DNA of 46,494 bases. It comes from Chiloscyllium plagiosum. Lineage: Eukaryota. Below are positions 9,075 through 20,374 of the stretch, in pieces. The translations under genes were made by a program, and so were the position numbers. Each line of letters begins with the position of its first letter. The stretch's first letter is position 1. The notes below the pieces were generated by a model. The model did no database searches, was not told the DNA's origin, and saw nothing but the letters and a program-made list of their open reading frames with translations. The stretch spans positions 1-46,494 of the forward strand of contig NW_025214699.1 of assembly GCF_004010195.1 (NCBI RefSeq), in the 5' to 3' direction.

Positions 9075-12000
9075 GTAATACCTTAACATTCAAGATAGTG
9101 AAAGGCCAGAGCTGTGTATGATGGCCACAGCCATGGAGAGCGTGCTAGAAAAAACTGAATGGCCTGCAAGTGGTTAAATATTCTGGACCAGATGGATTAC
9201 ATCACGTGGTAGAAAGGAGACAGTTGAAGAATGAATGGGGGCGATAGTGGTGATCCTTCAGGAATCACTAGAATAAGGAACAATCTCAGAGCACTGCAAA
9301 CCCACGAACTAAACACTCAATTTTAACAAGGGAGTAAGGGAAAAGGCAAAGAAAAAATCCACAATGAATAGCTTAACCTCGGTTGTGGTTAAGATCCTGG
9401 AATCTATTGTGGAAGATGAGGTATCTGAATAACTTGGACGTGTTTGGTAAAATAGGTCAACGTCAGCCTGGTTTCATCAAGGGAAGGTCATGCCTGACTG
9501 GTCTGTTGGAATTATTTGAAGAGGAAATGAGCAGGCTCGACCAAGCACAGCCAATGGATGTTATGAACCTGGACTTCAAGAAGGCCTTTGACAAGTTGTC
9601 ACACAGGAGATGACTGAGTATGATAAGGGTCCGTGGTGTTCGAGGCACGGTAGTGGCGTGAATACAACGTGTTTATATGGCAGAAAGCAGAGAGTGGGGA
9701 TAAAATGGTCCTTCTCAGGATGGCAGCACAAGTGGTGCTCCAGAAGGGTCAGTGTTGGAATCGTAACATTTTACTTGTTACGTTTACAATCTAGATGAGG
9801 GAATCAAGGACACTCTGGATAAGTTTGCAGACGATACAAAGATAGGTAGATGGACAGGTCGTATTGACGAAGTGGAGAGGCTGAACAAGGATTTGGACAG
9901 GAAAAGAGATCAACAGATGCATTCGAACGTGGGAAACTGTGAGGTCATGCACTTTGGCATGAAGAATAGAGGCATGATTTATTTTCTAAATGGGGAGAAA
10001 ATGCTGAAATCTGAAGTGCAAAGGGACTTCGGAGTTCTAGTGCAGGGTTCTCTCAAAGTAAACTTGCATGTTGAGCCAGTAGTTTGGAGGGCAATTGCAT
10101 TTATTATTGGTGGCATTTACTACGAGAGGAATTGAATATAAGAACAGGCTGTATACAGCTCTGGTCAGACCACATTTGGAGTATTCCACGCACTTTGGAG
10201 AGCTCCATGTCTCAGGAAGGATGTACTGGCCCTGGAGCGTGTTCAGTAGATTTTCATGGGAATGATCATAGGAATGAAAAGCTTATTGGATAAGGAATGT
10301 TTGAGGGCTCTTGGTCTATAGTCGATAAAGTTTAGAAGGATGAGAGTGAATGTAATTGACACATAGAATACCGAATGACTTGGCCAGAGCGGACGTTGAT
10401 AAGATGCTTCCATTGGACTGGGACCTGAGGACACAACCTTAGATTAAAAGGTAATATCTTAACATTCAAGATAGTGAGAGGCCAGAGCTGTGTATGATGG
10501 CCGCAACCATGGAGAGCGTGCTAGAAAAAACTGATTGGCCTGCAAGTGGTTAAATGTTCTGGACCAGATGGACTACATCACGTGGTATAAAGGAGACAGC
10601 TGAAGAGGGAATGGGGGCGATAGTGGTGATCCTTCAGGAATCACTAGAATAAGGAGCAATCTCAGAGCACTGCAAACCCACGAACGAAACACTCCATTTT
10701 AACAAGGGAGTAAAAGAAAAGGCGAAAAAAAAAATCCACAATGAATAGCTTAATCTCGGTTGTGGTTAAGATCCTGGAATCTATTGTGGAAGATGAGGTA
10801 TCTGAATACTTGGAAGTGTTTGGTAAAATAGGTCATAGTCAGCTTGGTTTCATCAAGGGAAGGTCATGCCTGACAGGTCTGTTGGAATTATTTGAAGAGG
10901 AAATGAGCTGGCTCGACCAAGCACAGCCAATGGATGTTTAGATTACTTTAGATTTTAGATTACTTACAGTGTGGAAACAGCCCTTCGGCCCAACAAGTCC
11001 ACACCGACCCGCCGAAGCACAACCCACGCATACCCCTACACCTAAAACTACGGGCAATTTAGCATGGCCAATTCACCTGACCTGCACATCTTTGTGACTG
11101 TGGGAGGAAACCGGAGCAAACCCACGCAGACACGGGGAGAATGTGCAAACTCCACAGAGTCAGTCGCCTGAGTCGGGAATTGAACCCGCGTCTCTGGCGC
11201 TGTGCGGCAGCAGTGCTAACCACTGTGCCACTGTGCTGCTATGAACCTGGACTTCAAGAAGGCCTTTGACAAGTTGTCACACAGGAGATGACTGAGTATG
11301 ATAAGGGTCCATGGTGTTCGAGGCACGGTAGTGGCATGAATACAAGGTGTCTATCTGGCAGAAAGCAGAGAGTGGGGATAAAATGGTCCTTCTCAGGATG
11401 GCAGTCGGTGACAAGTGGTGCTCCAGAAGGGTCAATGTTGGAATCGTAACATTTTAGTTGTTACGTTTACAATCTAGATGAGGGAATCAAGGACACTCTG
11501 GATAAGTTTGCAGACGATACAAAGATAGGTAGATGGACAGGTCGTATTGACGAAGTGGAGAGGCTGAACAAGGATTTGGACAGGAAAAGAGATCAACAGA
11601 TACATTCGAACGTGGGAAACTGTGAGGTCATGCACTTTGGCATGAAGAATAGAGGCATGATTTATTTTCTAAATGGGGAGAAAATGCTGAAATCTGAAGT
11701 GCAAAGGGACTTCGGAGTTCTAGTGCAGGGTTCTCTCAAAGTAAACTTGCATGTTGAGCCAGTAGTTTGGAGGGCAATTGCATTTATTATTGGTGGCATT
11801 TACTACGAGAGGAATTGAATATAAGAACAGGCTGTATACAGCTCTGGTCAGACCACATTTGGAGTATTCCACGCACTTTGGAGAGCTCCATGTCTCAGGA
11901 AGAATGTACTGACCCTGGAGCGTGTTCAGAAGATTTTCATGGGAATGGTAATAGGAATGAAAAGCTTATTGGATGAGGAATGTTTGAGGGCTCTTGGTCT

Positions 12001-12133
12001 ATAGTCGATAAAGTTTAGAAGGATGAGAGTGAATGTAATTGACACATAGAATACCGAATGACTTGGCCAGAGCGGACGTTGATAAGATGCTTCCATTGGA
12101 CTGGGACCTGAGGACACAACCTTAGATTAAAAG
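9075..12133 (+). repeat. Tandem duplication of a ~1376-bp CR1 RT segment (9075-10450 and 10451-12133)
   Basis: Near-identical ORF pairs 9872/11555, 10084/11767 and 10243/11926. The junction is ...ccttagattaaaag|gtaatatcttaacattcaag at 10450/10451. Copy 2 carries an extra SINE. Confidence 0.95.
10939..11239 (-). mobile_element. HE1-type tRNA-derived V-SINE, near full length
   Basis: On the minus strand there is an A box TGGCACAGTGG, a B box GGTTCAATTCC, a V-domain gtggagtttgcacattctccccgtgtctgcgtgggttt and a CR1-like tail with tctaa repeats. It is absent from the equivalent site ggatgttatgaacc in copy 1 (about 9556-9569). Confidence 0.92.
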
Positions 12134-12784
12134 GAATACTTTTAGAACAATGATAAGGAGAAATGTCTTTAACCAGAGAACGGTTAATCTTTGATATGCA
12201 TTACCACAGAAGGCTGTTGGGGCAGGTCAAAGAATATATTTGAGACAGAGATAGATAGATTTTTGATTATCCAGGTGATCAAGGGTTACAGGGTCGGAGA
12301 ATGGGTTTGAGAAACCTATTGGTGGTGATTGAATGATGGAGCAGACTTGATGTGCTAACTGACCGAATTTCTACTCCTATACCTTATTGTCTTATGGTCT
12401 AAACCTTAAGGAAGCACCTTGCATCTCTGAGAAGATGGATTCATGTTCTTCATGAAGGTCAGAACCTGGTGGGAAAAGTTAACTGTTTTAGACTGAAGGT
12501 ATTTTGGCTGCAGTCGGGGTGGTGGATAATATGACATTCAGTTCAGGATCACACACCAACTGCACTGTATTAATGTGAGGAAAGTTTATTCAAAACTTGG
12601 AACTGTCCGTCACTCTCAATCGCCGTGGGGAGTAGGGGTGGGGTGGGTGGGCATAACAACCTCCCAATCACTTGAACTATCCAGAATCATGCATCATGAA
12701 TTAAATAGCAGTGATGGAATTTATCACCTTCTCATTGTCTGTTTAGAATATAAGGAGCGATTGTCCATCACACTCAGGGTTCAA

Positions 12785-12975
12785 TGCAATCACTTCGTAT
12801 TCTCTCACAGCGCGATAGATCGACATTCACTCACTCCTTATGGTGCCGTCATTCCAGGGATTAATCTGGTGGAACTCCATTGCACGCTCTTTCTGGTAAG
12901 GACATCACTCCTTACAAAGGAGAGACAAAATCAGTCCACACTACCGCAAATACTTCCTCAATAACCCTCTCAGGT
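12785..12975 (-). mobile_element. Highly decayed CR1 RT C-terminal fragment
   Basis: attccagggattaatctggtggaactccattgcacgctct...acatcactcctta resembles the reverse complement of the CR1 LERVQRRFTRLIPGM region (compare 1430-1500). Confidence 0.55.
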
Positions 12976-13257
12976 TTGATCACAATAATTCCTTTTCCTC
13001 ACTTTGCTGGCTCCATTTCTTTTGTGTGACTTAGGAAACCATTCATTTATAATGCACTGCCACTGATGTGGAATTTAAAATATCCTACATCTGTAGGTCA
13101 GCATCAATAAAGCCAGCACCAGAGGTACCTATCGAGATGGGCATCACTCTTGGGAATCACTCAAACACAAAGAATCCATCTAAATCAGTGAATGGTCACA
13201 TACCTTAATGAAAATCAGCTGCAGGAATATGCGATACAGGCAGAGGAGGGGAGTTAT

Positions 13258-13470
13258 CTTTCCTTTTGTTCTTCCCTCACAGGATGTGTGCAGCCCTGGT
13301 CAGGCCAGCATGTTATGCTGATCTTGAACTGAGTGGCTGGTTCAGCTGTTCTACAGGACAATAAATAGTAAAATAAACTGCCGTGGGTTTACAGTTATAC
13401 AGAGACCTAACCAGGGAAGGATGACTCATTGCCTTCTCTAATGGGCATGAGGCAAGCCGATATCAACAGA
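13258..13470 (-). mobile_element. Decayed SINE-like element sharing the 5' body and 3' tail of the LINE at 15695-18912
   Basis: The reverse complement has ...catccttccctggttaggtctct...aaacccacggcagt...cagccactcagtt (compare about 15865-16006), joined directly to ...atgctggcctgaccagggctgcacacatcc (compare about 18860-18900). Confidence 0.55.
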
Positions 13471-13969
13471 TTATTATTCTGTGGCTCTAGATTCCGAACC
13501 AATGACGTGACCACCATACACTGTCTCAGCATCTTTCAGATTCTGTGCAGAGAACAAGTTAAACATCTCACGTGCAATTATTTTGCAATGGACACTTGGT
13601 AAGAAGGGACTTGAAACAGATGTATCCAGAATTAACAAAGGCACAAACAATAGTTTATTCAGGAGTTGCACTGAGGCTGAGGAGGAGACTGGGCAGGATT
13701 TGTATGTGGTACTGGACAGGATTGGTATTTAGGGAGGATATGGAGATGTAAACTTTGCAGGAGAAAATTAATCAAGGAGGTTGAGAACAATGTGTTTCTT
13801 CCTCGCATATTGTTGAGTAACTTGTAAATAATAATTTGCTTGTTATAATTTCGAAGGAATGGAATCTTTGAATAGAACTAAAAACGCTGATTTGCACCTT
13901 TCCAAAATTTACACATCATGAGCATCAATTCAGTTCAGACCGTTTCACTAAACAGACAGAGTGACTTAC

Positions 13970-14144
13970 CAGGAACACCAACGATAGCAAGAATATGATA
14001 GTAACCAGCTTGAATAACCAGCAGTACATCTTCAATCCGCGATGCTAGTGATATCCCAGGCTGGAAAAGCTAGTAAAGACCATTGAATGAACTTCTGTCC
14101 ATTGCTGGAACATTCCAGTCTAATGTTCTCAGATTATGATCCAT
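13970..14144 (-). pseudogene. First coding exon of a GPR139/GPR142-like class A GPCR with an in-frame stop
   Basis: Manual translation from ATG 14144 gives MDHNLRTLDWNVPAMDRSSFNGLY*LFQPGISLASRIEDVLLVIQAGYYHILAIVGVP, then a phase-1 donor G|gtaagt at 13970/13969. YYxILAIVGVP is the TM1 start typical of the expanded chondrichthyan GPR139-like family. TAG is at 14072-14070. Not in the supplied ORF track. Confidence 0.72.
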
Positions 14145-14894
14145 TGTTGGAAGATTCCAGTTTAATTTTCCCAGTTTCTAATCTCTCCTCACGCTCTCTC
14201 TGAAGCTGCGGATCCCTGTTACTGGTGTGGGTGATGCTCCCGCTCGTACTATGGGATAAAGCACTGAAAGCATTCCCTTATTGATAGAAGAGAGAAACTC
14301 TCTAGGGACGCATAGGATCCATGGAGACTGACACAATCACAATCGCTGAACAAATAGCTCCAGCTAACCCCTTTCAATTCAATCCTGTTTTAGTAAAATT
14401 CAAAATAACTTTGAACATTTATACATTCTGGATGTGATATGTGAGTGTGACTAAAGGAAGGAATGTTGAAGATGGCAGATTGATTATGTGTAATCATTCA
14501 GTCTGCCTTGGATATGGAAGTAATGCCAGAGATTTAACGGAACATAAATATGCTTCTCTGCTCACAATAAATCCTGTAGCTACAGATCAGTCATTGCAAT
14601 ATCAGTAAAACATTGAGAGAACATCTATCATCCATGATCTGAAAGCAAAATGTGCCTAAGAAAACATGAGTTATAACAAACAAATGGAATGTATATGTTA
14701 ACAGAGAATTGTACATGACAAACACAATTCAGGTTTTTATTCCAGGGTCAGAGAAGATGGGTGTGAGTCATATTGTTGCTGTTCTCGATGTTAAGGAACT
14801 ATGATGAAGTGCCATTTAATGGATTTCAATTACATTGTGATTATGACATTTGGGAAAAGACAGAAGATGGAAAAGACTGTGGGACATGGCTGTT

Positions 14895-15605
14895 TAGACT
14901 GGGCGGAGGGACAATGATGTTCCCGTGTCACCAATATTTAAAAACTCTGCTTTCTCCATGGAACCACACTCGTGGCCTAATGGGTTCTGTTTAGCTGTCA
15001 GTAAACAACTCTGTGATATTATTGGAAATAAATAATCTGGGATTACAGCGAGTATCAACACAGTGCTCACAAGGTATGGTACCCAGACAATTGGCTTGCA
15101 GTCCAGAGGAAATTCTAAATAAAACTTCTAACTTCTGTCTGTCCATACCTATATACCCTCATGCTATCTTCTGATCTATCTCACTTCACCCTCATCTCAC
15201 ACCTCTTCCTCTCCCACTCAGTAATTCGCTCCCCTTTCTATTCTCTCTCAGTTTATCTCCCTTCACTTTCTTTCTCTCTGTTTATTTCTCTAACACACAA
15301 TCTATCTCCTCGCACTCTCTCTATTTCTAATTGTGCAGTTGGAGAGCTCGTGATCCCACGATGGGCCGACCGGCCTCCATCTGTGCTATAATACTTCTGA
15401 GGTTCTCTGACCCACATAAATAGTTCAGGTGTCTGTGCAGACCCGCTAGTCCGGTGTCAGATACAGTGCACAATCACCCATTACACCTTCCTGTTCTTTG
15501 CTGATGTGCATCTGACTTGTAAGGTCTGTTAAAACAAAACAGACTGAATGAAATTCAAGCAGTCGCGAGGCCATTCATCACTGTGTATTTTAATCAGGAT
15601 TTAAT
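14895..15605. repeat. Upstream region of the GPCR exon; diverged duplicate of 3885-4584
   Basis: Same collinear blocks as listed for 3885-4584, including the TC-rich tract at about 15180-15330. Confidence 0.85.
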
Positions 15606-15759
15606 GAAGGATGAGATTCCAGAATAACATAAGCAATGAATGAAAAACAGGACAACACAAGAAACGGCAGCTGAGTACAATATATGGTTCCAATTGTTGC
15701 CTCACGGCATTATCACTCGATTATCAATCCAGAAAATCAGCTCCTGTTCTGTGGACCCA

Positions 15760-15770
15760 GGTTCGAATCC
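15760..15770 (+). promoter_or_regulatory. RNA polymerase III B box
   Basis: Perfect GGTTCGAATCC at the 5' end of the LINE; the A box upstream (about 15695-15708) is degenerate. Confidence 0.6.
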
Positions 15771-17919
15771 CACCACTGCAGATGGTGGAAATTCAATTCA
15801 ATCACTTAATGATATCTCTGGAATTAAGAATCTCCTGATGAGAATGAAATCAAACCCGATTGTCAGAAAACCCATCTGGTTCACTGATATCTTTCAATGA
15901 AGTACTCTTCCACCCTCACCTCGTCTGGCCGACATGTGAATCCAGGCCCATCGAGTGTCATTTACTCTCAATCGCCCTCTGAAATGTTTTAGCGAATCAT
16001 TCAGTTGCATCAATCGTTTTAAAGTATCAAAGAAATGAAACCGGCTTGAATAGCTGGCATCAAATTGTGCACCAGCAAAGTCAACATTAGAAACATCTCT
16101 GTCAAAACTGCGAAGTCCTCCTTACTAACATCTAAGGGCTAGTGCCAACATTGGAACAACTGCCTTACAGAGGAGTCAAGCAACAGCCTGACATAGTCAT
16201 AATCATGGAATCATACCTTGTAGAAATAACACAGACACCATCATCACCATCTTTGAATATGTTCTGTCGCAAAGGCAGGACGAATACAGCTAAGGGGGCA
16301 GCTCAGTGTGATACGGACGGGACATGGCTTCAGGTTAAAATTGGCCAAAGAAGCCTCTTACTGATTATCACGTAACATCGTTCCTCAGCTGAGCCAGTAT
16401 TCCTTCATGTTAAACCACTGACTGTAGAAAGGGCACAAAAAGTATTCTGGCTGGGAGATTTCAAAGTAGACCACCAAGAGTAGTTTGGCAGCAGTACTAC
16501 TGATCACGTTGGTTGGGTCCTAAAGGGCATAGATACTAGATTTGGTCTGCAGCAGGTGGTGAGGGAATGAACAACAGGAAAAAAAAACTTACCTAACTTC
16601 GTCCTTACCAATCTCCCAACTACAGGTGTATCTATCCATGACAGTATCTGTAAAAGTGATCCACCACTCTGTCGTTGTGGACAGAAAGTGTCAACTTCTC
16701 CTTGAGAATAAACTCTATTGTGTTGTGTGGCACTAAATGACACAGACTTCGAACAGATCTAGCAACTCAAGACTGAGCATCCATATGACACTGTGGACAG
16801 TCAAGAGCAGCAGAATTGTACTCCAGCACAATCTGTAACGTCACGGCTCATCATATCCCCACTCAACCATAACTATCAGTACAGAGAATCAACTCTGCTT
16901 CAACGGAGAGTGCAGAAGTGCACGCCAGGAGCTGAACCAGGTATATATATAGAAAAAATGTTAATCTGCTTACCCTTCCAAGCAGGACTGCTTGCGTGCC
17001 AGACAGCAAATAGAGCAAGGTACAGACAGAGCCAAGCGATCCCACAACTAACCCCTCAGATCTAAGCTCTGCAGTCCTTCCAATCGGATCGTGGATGGTG
17101 GTGAACAATTAAATAACTCACCGGACTGGAAGTCTCCAGAAATATCCCCATTTTCAACGATGGAAGAGCCCAGAACATCAGTGCAAAAGATAAGGCTAAA
17201 GATTTCGCAGCAATCTTCAGTCAGAAGTTTCGAGTGGATGACCCATTTCAGCCTCATCCTGTGGTCCCCATCATTACAGATGGCAATCTTCACTCAATTC
17301 GATTGACTGACATCAAGAAACATTTGAAGTTACTGGATACTGCAACGTCTATGGGCCCTGATAACATGTCGGCAATAGTCCTGAAGACTTGTGTTCCAGG
17401 ACTTCCCGCTCCCCGAGCCAAGATGTTCCAGTACGGTTACAAAACAACAATGGGGGAAAAATACTGCTCAAGTATGTTCTGTACATAACAAGCAAGGCAA
17501 ATTCAACGCAGCCAAATACCGCATCATCAGTCTGCTGTCCATCATCAGTAAAATGATGGAAGGGGTAATCAACAGTGCTATAAAGCAGCACCTGCTCAGC
17601 AATAACTTTCTCAGTGACGCCCAGTTTGTGTTCTGCCAGGATCACTCAGCTCCTGACTTCACCACAGTCTTGGTTCAAACATGGAAAAGGGAACTGAATT
17701 TCAGCCTTTGACATCAAGGCTGCATTCTTTGAAATGTGGCATCAAGGATCCCAAGGAAAAAGGGTATCGCGGGCAAACACTCCATTATTGGAGTCACACC
17801 TGACAGATAGCAAGATGGTCATGGTTTGTGGAGGTCAGTTATTTCAGCTCCAGAACATTTCTGCAGTAGTTCGTCAGGATAATGTCCTTGGTCCAATTAT
17901 CTTCAGCTGCTTCATCAAT

Positions 17920-18085
17920 GGAACAGGAGAATCGACGTTTCGTGCATAAGCCCTTCTTCAGGAATCGTGCTTATGCCCGAAACGTCGATTCTCCTGTTCC
18001 CTGGATGCTACCTGACCTGCTGCGCTTTTCCAGCAACACATTTTCAGTTCTGATCTCCAGCATCTGCAGACCTCACTTTCTCCTC
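17920..18085. mobile_element. Penelope-like element remnant (inverted terminal fragments) inserted in the LINE RT, with a 15-bp target duplication
   Basis: 32-bp inverted arms at 17920-17951 and 17969-18000 (one mismatch). Flanked by ctgcttcatcaatgg (17907-17921) and ctgctttatcaatgg (18086-18100). Same family as 1-159. Confidence 0.8.
17931..17964 (-). ncRNA. Minimal type I hammerhead ribozyme-like motif
   Basis: The minus strand reads UC-CUGAAGA-A-GGGC uuau GCAC-GAAA-C-GUC-GA. Both core boxes and a GUC cleavage triplet are present, and stem II has one mismatch (the other arm has GCCC). Confidence 0.6.
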
Positions 18086-19234
18086 CTGCTTTATCAATGG
18101 TCTTCCCTCCATCAGAAATGGAGATATTCGACGATGACTGCATTATGTTCAGCACTATTCTCAAATGCTCAGATACTAAAGCAGTTCACGCCCAAATGCA
18201 ACAAGATCTGGATCATATCCAGGCTTGGGCTGACAAGTGACAAATAACATGCACGCCACACAAACGCCAAGCAATGACCATTACCAATAAGAAACAATAT
18301 AACTACTTGGTATTCAGCAGCATTATCATCAATAAATTCCTCCACTGTCAATATCCTGGGAGTTATCATTGACCAGAAACTCAACTGGACCCACAACATA
18401 AATATAAAAGCAGATCAGGGGCTAGGAATACTGCGCGAGTAACTCACCTCCTGAAAACCCAAAATCTATCCAACATCCTCAAGGCACATGTCAGGAATCA
18501 GATAGAACATTCCCCAGTTGCCTGAATGAGTGCAGCCCCTAAAGAAGCTTGTCACCGTCCCAGTAGCAGCAGTGTGTACAATCGACAAGACACACTGCAG
18601 AAATTCCCCAAAGATCCACAGAGAGCACCTTACAATCCCACGAACACTTCCATCGAGAATTACAAGGACAGCAGATTTTTGGGAACAACACCACCTTCAA
18701 ATTCCACTCCAAACGAGACATCATCCTGATTTGGAAATGCATCGCCCTTCCTTCACTGTTGCTGGAATTCCCTCCCTAAGACCATTGTTGGTCAATGCAC
18801 AGCAGGTGGTCTGCAATGGTTCAAGAAGCTCATCGCCACCTTCTCAAGGGGGCAACGGAGCGGGCAAGAAATCGGGGGCCATCCATCCATGCCCACATCC
18901 ACACAAGATCCTTTTAAAAAACGTTCCAAGTTGAGCATCTCGATGGGATGGGTTGTCTGTTTTGAATACGAACAGAAAAGCAATGTTTCTGATACTGAAC
19001 ATTTTAGATTTTTCTGTTATTAGAAGGGTGCTCAGTATTCTATGACTCATTGTTGCTGTGTGCTGTGATAAATTGCACCTGTTTTTTTTTTAAATTATAC
19101 AATTCTGGCGCCACAGGATGATCCTTCGAAAATATCAGACTGAAAATGGCATTCATCAAAGAGACAATATATTCCCGCCAAATGAGACTCACAGACAGCA
19201 GCTCATATTCAAAATATTATTGGACTCCTGACTG

Positions 19235-19340
19235 ACACTGAATCCTCCCGCCGTCCATATCACAGGGGTTACCATTGACCAGAACGTGATGTCAAAACAA
19301 CATAAAAATACAAGGGTTACAAGACAGGTCAGAGGCTTTC
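19235..19340 (+). mobile_element. Short old fragment of the same LINE family as 15695-18912
   Basis: ggggttaccattgaccagaac...aacataaaaataca...caggtcagaggct resembles 18355-18425. Confidence 0.6.
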
Positions 19341-19362
19341 AATTCTCCACTAAATAATAGAC

Positions 19363-20085
19363 GCTATGACCATAAGGGCATGAGATAGAGCAGTAGAGTT
19401 AAGCCATTCAGCCCATTTGTTCACTCTGAAATATTGTCATAGTCTCTATGACTAGTGAAAATATCTTCTACACGCTGACTGTATCAATATTTGCAGTCAT
19501 CGATCAATTTCAATCAGACATCGCTGCCGCCATCCTTTGAAATTCCAATGAGTACAGACACAGAGCCCTCAACTGCGGCTCATATGACAAGACGTCATCC
19601 CAGGACGGATCACCTCCAACACCAGCAGATTACTCCTCAAAACAGCTCCCAATATTCCAAATGCCATCTGACCATAGCCCATTGCATTCTCAGCAGTATG
19701 TCCCCTCTCTTGTATTCTTGTTCTCTTGAAATGAATACTAACATTCCATTTGCTTTCTTAGATGCCAACTGAAACTGCACATGAACTACAAGAGTGGACG
19801 AGTGCTTTAAAATCCGTTTGGGCTTCAAATTTCATGGGATCCTACTAGAACATAATGTCTGCCTCTATTCCCATGACTAAATAATCTCACACGTTCCCAT
19901 ATTGTGTTCCATCAGCCATGCGTTTTCCCACAGTCCTAAACTGTCCATGCCTTTCTGCAGCCTTCCCACTTCCACAAAATCCTCATTGTATCATCTGCAA
20001 ACTTAGAGAAACTGCCCTCAGGTCCTTCGTTCAGGTGATGCATGTCCATGGCACTTCCTGACTCCCTAAGGACTGTCCACCATCT
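19363..20085 (-). mobile_element. Decayed CR1 LINE 3' half
   Basis: Minus ORFs 19936-20118 (SKFADDT) and 19637-19828 (KKANGMLVFISR..EYK...VRWHLEY). A tail-like sequence lies near 19363-19415. Confidence 0.85.
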
Positions 20086-20374
20086 ACAAGACATAACATT
20101 TAAGGTGCTTGACTCCATTTTGGTTAAAGCAGTGGTTTGACTGGAATTATATCCGGAAAGTCTTCACTCCCTGCAACACTGACAGCAGGAGCACACTGTG
20201 CCCCCGATTTGTTGTGAAATTACCCCATTATGGTGACACAGAACTTGATGGTGCACAATCCCATCTATTGATGTCACTCTGTCTCAACACGAACTGTGTG
20301 GTGCTCACACCAACCAATGTCACTGTGTGTTGATGATGACAGAGGGAGGTGGGGGAGGGGATGTCTATAATGAG

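Larger units (their letters stand above)
7740..12400 (+). mobile_element. Long decayed CR1 LINE (ORF1 esterase remnant, endonuclease, RT, 3' tail) with internal tandem duplication
   Basis: IIGDSLERGIDTVLC (GDS esterase motif) at 7740; SDHNMIE; QPGFIKGRSCLTGLLELFEE; LDFKKAFDKLSH; aagtttgcagacgatacaaag (KFADDTK) at about 9821 and 11504; tail ctactcctataccttattgtcttatggtct. Many stops and frameshifts. Confidence 0.92.
15695..18912 (+). mobile_element. Near full-length decayed CR1-group (Zenon/T1-like) LINE with a tRNA-like 5' head and no evident ORF1
   Basis: Endonuclease: VKQQPDIVIIMESYL (ORF 16142) and WLGDF at about 16448. RT: GPDNMSAIVLKTC, YRIISLLSIISKMMEGVIN, DAQFVF, DIKAAF, QDNVLGPIIFSCFIN. 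The 3' end is ...gcccacatcc...aaaaaa at about 18890-18921. The clade call is by motif recognition. Confidence 0.85.

Noticed and set aside
11165..11239. tRNA genes at the A/B-box sites here and at 15695-15775
   Set aside because: Both continue directly into SINE or LINE bodies and I could not form a full cloverleaf; they are retroposon heads.
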